Shown here in pieces: positions 52,989-64,000 of a stretch of DNA of 64,000 bases. The notes beneath the pieces are model-generated. The model ran no database searches. It was not told where the DNA came from and worked only from the letters and a program-made list of their open reading frames with translations. Source of the DNA: Octopus sinensis (taxonomy: Eukaryota). The position numbers were made by a program, and so were the translations under genes. Numbering within the stretch: the first letter of the stretch is position 1; the number at the start of each line of letters is the position of its first letter. The stretch is taken from NCBI RefSeq assembly GCF_006345805.1, contig NC_043009.1, forward strand, positions 48,050,001-48,114,000. Direction: 5' to 3'.

Positions 52989-55304
52989 ATATATGGTGAC
53001 AAAAAAGTCAATTATTGATAAAAACTGTATAAAAAATAATTTCTTATAACAGTTGTTGATTAGTTTCCATGTTAGAGATATGGCCAAAGAACCTCCAATC
53101 CTGACCACCCCAATCTACCCTTAGGACATTGCATATTTAAGGCTTGATGACCCAGAGCAGCATGTCTCCCATTTCAAGACTGCAGACATAATGTGATGGA
53201 GATTTAACCAACTGGCTGTATCCAACCAAAATATTCTCCCCATTTCATCTTCAAATTGGCCAGAGCTGGCCTCTCACACCTACCCTACAGTGTCATTCTA
53301 GAAATAAACAATCAATCATTGAAATCTCAAAGCTACAAGATAATGCATGATTAACTAAAAACAATGTAAATAAATAAGCAATATATTTAACTGAGTAATC
53401 TGAACAGTAAAGGGTTAAATGCTGTTTCAAGCAAAGATTGTTAGAATGTTGAACTAATGTTCAGCAATATTTAGTTAAAGTCCTTTATGTTCTGAGTTCA
53501 AATCCTACCATGGTTAATTCTATCTTCAAACTTTTCAGAAGCAATGAAATAAAAATATAGTATTAGTCCTGTATTAAATGTGTTTTATAATTCTACAAGA
53601 CATTCTTGGTGTGAACAGAATTATAATGCTAGAGATATGATTGTAGTGGTGATTTGAAACCAAACTGCTAGGTAACTGGTCAGGCATCATGACTGAATGA
53701 CAATAGTTTCATATGATCAGTCTATAAAGCAACTGATCAGCTTTAACCCATTGCATGATTCAACCTTCCAGAATATTCTTCTTGTGTTCTATAAAACGTT
53801 GCTTTCGGCAGTAATAAACTGCAGAATGTCAAGGCAGCTGAGCAATATGTGTCTCCATTCTTGCCACATCAGGTAGTAGTGTATTTTTACCAGCCTGTCG
53901 ACACAAGGAGGCAGCTAAGACAGAGGGTGCAGATTGATGACAAGGACTTCTGTCGCAACAAATATAGCAAAATTGTTTCCAGTTATGTTGGGCAAGCTGC
54001 ATGTTGCCATACCAACAACAGCTTGCTATAAACTCCAAGCAGTATCTCTCTCTCTTTGCCAGTGTGTAATTATTGATGTTGCTATCTGTAGAAGGCCAAT
54101 GCTCTGTTATTCTTATGTATAGTAATAAAATCTTCTGTTAAAGGTTTGCAGGTGTTGTTCAGTTACTTCTACACACAGCCCAAGAAATACATTTTCATTC
54201 ATCAACACAACTAGCTACCAAGGCAGCCAACAACAACAACAACAACAACAACAACACCCAAGTGACATGATCAAAAGCATTCCGGTCGCAACCATTCCAA
54301 CCATCCATCTCTTGACCCAGGGAGTACCACATCTCTCTTTTCAAGACTGTAGGAAGCAATTTGAATGTGATTCATAATCCCATAAGGCATGTCTTTATTC
54401 CCCTTCTACTCTAGAGAGGGCAGTGATAAGATCATGAATGGCAACAAAGCTAGCTGATTGATTGACTGACCAATTTATCAAATAATTGATTAAATGGTTA
54501 ACCAATTGTCAAATAATAAAGAGGTGAAATGTAACCAGTGTGTGTGTTTATTGTTGGTATAATGACTCTCCTGCAAAACATCGGAATCTGGGCGCTACTT
54601 TAGCATGTGGTCTACTGCAGTATCTGTAGTCTATGATGTGAAATCACCTGATCTAGGTTAGGACTAGGGCCATGGTTTGGGTTTAGGGTTTAGAGTCAGG
54701 GTCAGAGTCAGCAGCTTAGAGATAGTGATTAGGATTAAGCTCAGAATTAAGGTTAAAGTTAGACTGCATGCTAGAGTGCAAATGCATGGTAATCTGCACA
54801 CTAAACAGCATAATAAGTAGCTCCAAAACCAGTTCAACAGACGAGTTCAGATCAAGAATTTTGCGGAACAAATACAAAAACGAACTTTTAATTTCAATAT
54901 TTAATGACCTTCTTCCCGCTTCTCAGTTAAAATCCTGCCGAGGTCTGCTTTGCCTTTCATTCTTTCAGGATCGATGACATAAACATCAGTTCAGAAGTGG
55001 GGTTATTTAAATCGACTAACACCCACCAAAATTTCAGAAAGAATATCAAATGGGCTTTTAATTAAAAGTTTTAGAGTTGTCTCCCTTAGTGTTTTTTTAA
55101 AGTTTTATAAACATTAAGCAAATAATTAGGAAAAGAAATGCTCCGATCGTTATAGAAATGTATTTGAATATCATTTTTTTTTTGGCTTCTTACATCAAAT
55201 ATTACATTGCTCTAATCTACTCATTAAGTCAAATGAAATAACTTGTTCGACATCACTAAAACAATAACATTGAAATAAACAGAACCGACAACAACACCAT
55301 AACA

Positions 55305-56115
55305 AAGGAGCCTCCATGTGGTAGCTTGAACTTTTAGAAATAATAGCTAAATCTCGCATAGACTTCACCATACTATCCATTTTTGTTGTAAATAACGATA
55401 AGATAATTTTTGGGTCGAATATTTTTGATTGTTTGTAACATGCCGGCCTCCTTGAGCTAAACAACAATGTCAACAACAGGTAGCAGTGATATCACTAACG
55501 AGAGAGCTTCTCTGTAGTTGCTCGATTAGCTAGGAATAACAACCAAATTTTCCTCAAATCATATATTACAGTCTAAAAAAAAAAAAAAAAAAACGTAGGA
55601 CAATGTAACGTAATTCTAGACATACAAACAGACGAGATAGTCATGTTTGGAACACCCCTATTCCCAAATCTACCCGATCAGGGTTGATCTAGCGATAAAC
55701 AACATTAAAACGAGCCGGCGAGGTAGACAACGCCGTCGCATGATCTGTTAGAAATAGCAGCCAAATCAACAAATCCAACCCTATCGTCTTAATGAAGGAA
55801 GGACAGACAAGTTGAATAATATAGTTTTAGATAAACAAACAGACGAGATGGTCACCGTTGGAAATATTTGATCATAGTTCTGTAGAACGATTTGATCAGA
55901 GTTGACCTGTGAGTTAAACAAATGCCACAACACGAGTCGCTCGGCCTGCTAAAAATAGCAGCCGAATTTTCATCAAATTACATTTTACCGTGTTAAAAAT
56001 GGAACGACAGACCTAATGAACAATATAGACTTAGCTATATAGACAGATGAGGTGGCCATGGCTAGAAAACATTCGATTATAAGCCTGTTCGATCAGGACT
56101 TATTTATAGCTAAAT
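55305..56115 (+). repeat. Four head-to-tail diverged copies of a ~200-bp interspersed element (TAGAAATAGCAGCCAAAT...TTTGATCA...GCTAAACAAC)
   Basis: Units start at ~55305, 55500, 55730 and 55935. Single copies occur at ~22500, 50245 and 58290. Confidence 0.65.
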
Positions 56116-57225
56116 TGACGTATATGAAATTGTGTTACTTAATCGACCAGCTTGAGTCAGGAAAAGTGTCTTGAAGTATTTCTTCTGCTCTTTACATAAG
56201 TTTAAATCCAGTCTTTCATCCTTTAGCGGTCAATGAAATAAAGTGCCAGTTTAATACTATGGCCAACATAATAGATTAATATTTTCTCTCCACAAGTGAT
56301 GGTCTTTTACCTAGATTTAAAACCTTTATTAATACCACATTAAGCTTTTTTTAACATTGTGTCAGATTCAAAAAAATATGTGTTAATAATTGAAAATTTA
56401 TCAAGGCGGTGAGATGGCAGGATTGTTACCGCACCGGACAAAATACTTAGCGGCATCCAATCCAACTTGTCGTTCTGAGTTCAAACTCCGTAGTAGTCGA
56501 CTTTACCTTTTGTCCCTTTCGGGATGGTTAAAATAAGTACCAGTTCAGTACTGAGGTCGATATAATTGACTTATCCACTCACCCGAAATTGTTATTCCAG
56601 TTCCAAAATTTGAAGCCAATAATTATAATTGTTTTTCTTTGTCATTAATTAATATTAATTTGTTACCATGGCATTAGGCCAATATATTTCGCACAAGACA
56701 GCCAAGAGGGCTGGGACTTGTTTTATCAGCCCTACGAACAAGAACGATGTTAATGGATCCTCGAAGTAGTAAAATAACAACCAAATCTTTAACTCATTCC
56801 TTGCTAACTTGTCTCTGGTTCAATGAAACAAACCTCGTGTTTCAAAGTAAACAGAACTAAACAGTCCATCAAAATTTCTTGTTAATTTATGATCCAAAAT
56901 CCAGGTTTATAATGGCAAAGTGATATAACTAAATTCTTGATTATTCAAAATTAATTAAAACAACAGCAGAGAATTCCGAAATAAATATAGTAATGAAAGG
57001 GTTGAATAACGAAAGCACATATAAGATGATCTACCAGTATATCCACCTGTAAAAGATGGGAAAGCCACAGAAGGAATGCTTTTCTTCATAGTTCGTTCGA
57101 TCAGGGCTGAGCCGAGGTAAACATCAGCAACAACGAACCCCTACAGGCTTGATAAAATAAAGTATCAGTAAAGCGCTCGGGTCTATTTATATAATACATC
57201 GAAGATGTGAATGAAATTATAAAAT

Positions 57226-57401
57226 AGGCGCAGGAGTGGCTGTGTGGTAAGTAGCTTGCTAACCAACCACATGGTTCCGGGTTCAGTCCCACTGCGTGGC
57301 ATCTTGGGCAAGTGTCTTCTGCTATAGCCCCGGGCCGACCAATGCCTTGTGAGTGGATTTGGTAGACGGAAACTGAAAGAAGCCCGCCGTATATATGTAT
57401 G

Positions 57402-57432
<31 letters not shown>

Positions 57433-57650
57433 ATGTGTGTGTATTTGTGTGTCAGTGTTTGTCCCCCTAGCATTGCTTGACAACCGATGCTGGTGTGTTT
57501 ATGTCCCCGTTACTTAGCGGTTCGGCAAAAGAGACCGATAGAATAAGTACTGGGCTTACAAAAGAATAAGTCCCGGGGTCGATTTGCTCGATTAAAGGCG
57601 GTGCTCCAGCATGGCCGCAGTCAAATGTCTGAAACAAGTAAAATAGTAAA
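57226..57650 (+). mobile_element. Full-length young CORE-like SINE
   Basis: A and B boxes, CORE-like motif, CpGs retained, GTAAAATA-type tail repeat. Confidence 0.85.
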
Positions 57651-57772
57651 AATAGTATGTAGGAAAGCGAAGGGCCATGCATGAATAGAGCAAGGGGCTT
57701 GCATCTATCAAAGGTAAATGATTCTACTCGTTTATCGCCTCACTGCTCATTAATGATATATAAAGCGCGCTT

Positions 57773-57845
57773 GCCCGGCTAGCTCAGTCGGTAGAGCACG
57801 AGAGTCTTAATCTCGGGGTTGTGGGTTCGTGCCCCACGTTGGGCA
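57773..57845 (+). tRNA. tRNA-Lys(CTT), probably a retroposed pseudogene copy
   Basis: 73 nt matching eukaryotic tRNA-Lys-CTT (GCCCGGCTAGCTCAGTCGGTAGAGC...CCCACGTTGGGC). Anticodon arm CGAGA-GTCTTAA-TCTCG. G32 and T58 are atypical. A T5 terminator follows at 57851-57855. Confidence 0.85.
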
Positions 57846-57855
57846 GTATATTTTT

Positions 57856-58088
57856 AAGGCGGCGAGCTGGCAGAAACGTTAGCACGCCGGGCGAAATGTG
57901 TAGCCGTATTTCGTCTGCCGTTACGTTCTGAGCTCAAATTCTGCCGAGGTCGACTTTGCCTTTCATCCTTTCGGGGTCGATAAATTAAGCACCAGTTACG
58001 CACTGAGGTCGATATAATCGACTTAATACCTATGTCTGTCCGTGTTTGTCCCCTCTGTGTTTAGCCCCTTGTGGGTATTAAAGAAATA
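57856..58088 (+). mobile_element. Full-length Deu/Nin-like SINE fused to the tRNA trailer
   Basis: AAGGCGGCGAGCTGGCAGAAACG head ... TAAAGAAATA end. Shares flanking direct repeats with the tRNA. Confidence 0.9.
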
Positions 58089-58534
58089 GATATATAAAGC
58101 GTGCTGTGTTGCCTTACACTTGCTAATTAGTAAATAACAAAAATACAAGCGGCATTTCGTTCGTCTAACGTTCTGAGTTCAAGTTCTGCTTTGCCTTTCG
58201 TCGTGTTAAATGTAATCAACATTCCCACTCCCACGAAGTTGCTGGAATTGTGCCAAAAGTTAATATTGCTAAACAACAACAAGCCAAGGAGTAAACCTCA
58301 GTGTGATAGTTCGATTCGCTAGAAATAGCAGCCACATTTCCCTTGAATCACATTCTGCTGACTTTAAAATACGAAGGATACATCGAGTAATGAAGCCTTT
58401 TGGATAAAAAAAAAATTTTAAACGAAAAATGGGGTTGTCACAATTGGAGCGCCTTTGATCATAGATTTGCTCAAACTTAGCGCTAATAAAAGAAACTACA
58501 ACAATAATAACAGTAAAAAGGAGAAAAAACTTAC

Positions 58535-58585
58535 AAAGTCTTTAGCTTCATAATTGAAGATTGACTTGCGTACCGAACCAACCAT
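58535..58585 (-). CDS. TMEM272-like gene, coding exon 1 (MVGSVRKSIFNYEAKDF)
   Basis: gaaagATG at 58585, 17 open codons, ends TTT|gtaagt (phase 0) and joins the next exons in frame. The start codon and first-exon status are not proven. Confidence 0.6.
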
Positions 58586-59879
58586 CTTTCCAGAATAAAG
58601 ACCGCTGCAATCTTTAGGTGACAGGTTCGAATTTAACTTGGGTATAGATCCGACGTGAGATATCAGTCATCAATTAATATGTTGATTATTATGGTTATAA
58701 TTATTATAATTCTGTTGATGTTGAAGGTGGTGATGCTGATGTTAGTAGTATATGTTTTTTTTTGTTTTTGCTTTTGTATATGGTGACGAATTGATAATTT
58801 GATCACCAATATTTAATCCATCTGGGTCACGCATCTGCCGTGTTTACACGATTACATTGCGTATATATATATATATATATATGAGTTGTTTATAGGTGAA
58901 TGAGTACGTGTATGGATGTGTATACGTGTGTATGTATGCGAGTGGTGTATAGTTCAGAGAGAGAGAGAGAGAGAAAGAGATAAAAGGAAAAGGAAGTTAT
59001 ATATTTGTGTATGAAGTAGGTGTGTATATTTGTATGTATAATGCATACGTGCGCGATATGTATGTATGTATGAGGTCGACTTTGCCTTTCATCCTTTCGG
59101 GGTCGATAAATTAAGTACCAGTTACGCACTGGGGTCGATGTAATTGACTTAATACCTATGTCTGTCCTTGTTTGTCCCCTCTGTGTTTAGCCCCTTGTGG
59201 GTAATAAAGAAATATGTATGTACGTACGTACGTACGTATATGTTATTTAAAATGTTATTAACAAGTTGCTAGGCATCGGATTAATGCGAACAACATAAAG
59301 TTACAAATATAAGTGGCACATAAATAAATATATTAGTTCAGCGCATCACAAAGAAAGAAGGATTGTCTCGTAGTTTTTGTCAGTAACATGTTATTACGGT
59401 TGTACACATACACACACACACACAAGCACGCAAGTAGTTGTCATAGTACTAACTGTTATGGTGTTGGTGGTGGCGGCGGTGCTATCTGTAGTAGTAGTAG
59501 TAGTAGTAGTAGTAATAGTGTAGTTTTGTTGCTACTAGTTGTCGTTAACACTAGAGGAAATAATAGTTGTAGTAGTGGTAAAGGAGTTGTAGTGCAAAAA
59601 CGTGGATTTAATTACTCTTTGTAATTTTGGCACAAGGCCAGCAATTTTGATGGCCGGGGGTGGTGGTGGGGGTGTCAGGGAATAGCCGATCACATACATC
59701 GATCTCAGTGCTGATACGCTGACTTATTTTTTATCGATACCCGGAAAGAGAAAAAAAGGCAAAGTCGAACGCGGCGGAATTTGAGCTCAGCGCAGTTCAG
59801 CTCAGGAGAGTGGTGTTGATAATAATGGTTTCTGATTCGAGTAAAAAAAAAAAAAAAAGCCAGCAGGGCAATCCTTCGA

Positions 59880-60020
59880 TATTAGTACATGACGTCAATC
59901 ATACATACATACATACATACGTTTCCTCATGACTGACATAAAGCGGCTAAGCCTGAGATAGCGGGTGAATGACGTCGTCTCGTCACACCGACACTCTACT
60001 CTCTCTTCTAGACCAATACC
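59880..60020. promoter_or_regulatory. Candidate promoter or enhancer: CpG-rich unique segment with a full CRE (TGACGTCA 59890-59897), a CRE-like TGACGTCG (~59970) and CCAAT (~60013)
   Basis: Motifs read directly. The segment lies ~1.3 kb upstream of the predicted ATG. Function is untested. Confidence 0.3.
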
Positions 60021-60308
60021 GAAAGAATGCCAGTCAGCAGTTTTGAGGAGAAGGGTTTAGTACTTTCCCGGTACTTTATTTTTATTGATTCGGTAAGGAT
60101 GAAAGGTAAAAACGGACCTCGGGGGGTGGGGGTGGTTTTAGACGGGACAAACATTAGGCTTTACCGAAAGCATGACGAACCCTTTCCCGGGAGGCGGGCT
60201 GCATGGGACATGAGACATCATCGAGTGAGCCGCCGCACTATGGTAATTTCTCGTTGGTGTGCAATTCAGAAAGTGCTGTGGGCCGCAGTTTGTCTAATGT
60301 CTGCTTTA

Positions 60309-64000
<3,692 letters not shown>

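Noticed and set aside
53760-54140. Possible solo LTR or coding remnant ending in AATAAA
   Set aside because: No clear TG..CA ends, TSD or recognisable protein motif.

Overview
AT-rich, repeat-dense animal genomic DNA. The SINE, RTE and microsatellite content looks like Octopus (cephalopod), which is my inference from remembered repeat consensi. I can assemble one protein-coding gene on the minus strand. It has six small GT-AG exons (58585-58535, 48542-48513, 37821-37761, 33949-33890, 21911-21696, 7854-7637) that splice in frame to 636 nt, giving a 211-aa four-TM protein resembling the TMEM272 family. The introns (3.8-13.8 kb) and flanks hold several tRNA-derived SINE families, RTE and CR1-like LINE fragments, Penelope-like remnants, MITEs, a decayed DD37D/maT-type transposase, long (TA)n/(CAC)n/(GAT)n microsatellites and a ~4-kb 26-bp satellite. 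Five observations stand out: (i) a large inverted repeat that puts the frame-symmetric 60-nt exon 4 in a hairpin loop; (ii) four minimal type-I hammerhead motifs, all sense to the pre-mRNA, two with a U3:A8 core covariation; (iii) a pre-tRNA-Lys/SINE chimera inside one 17-bp target-site duplication, with an A58>T change suggestive of m1A58 misreading; (iv) a paralogous copy of exon 2 that may act as a 5-nt microexon; (v) several minisatellites born from TE motifs. Almost all long ORFs in the supplied track are repeat artefacts.
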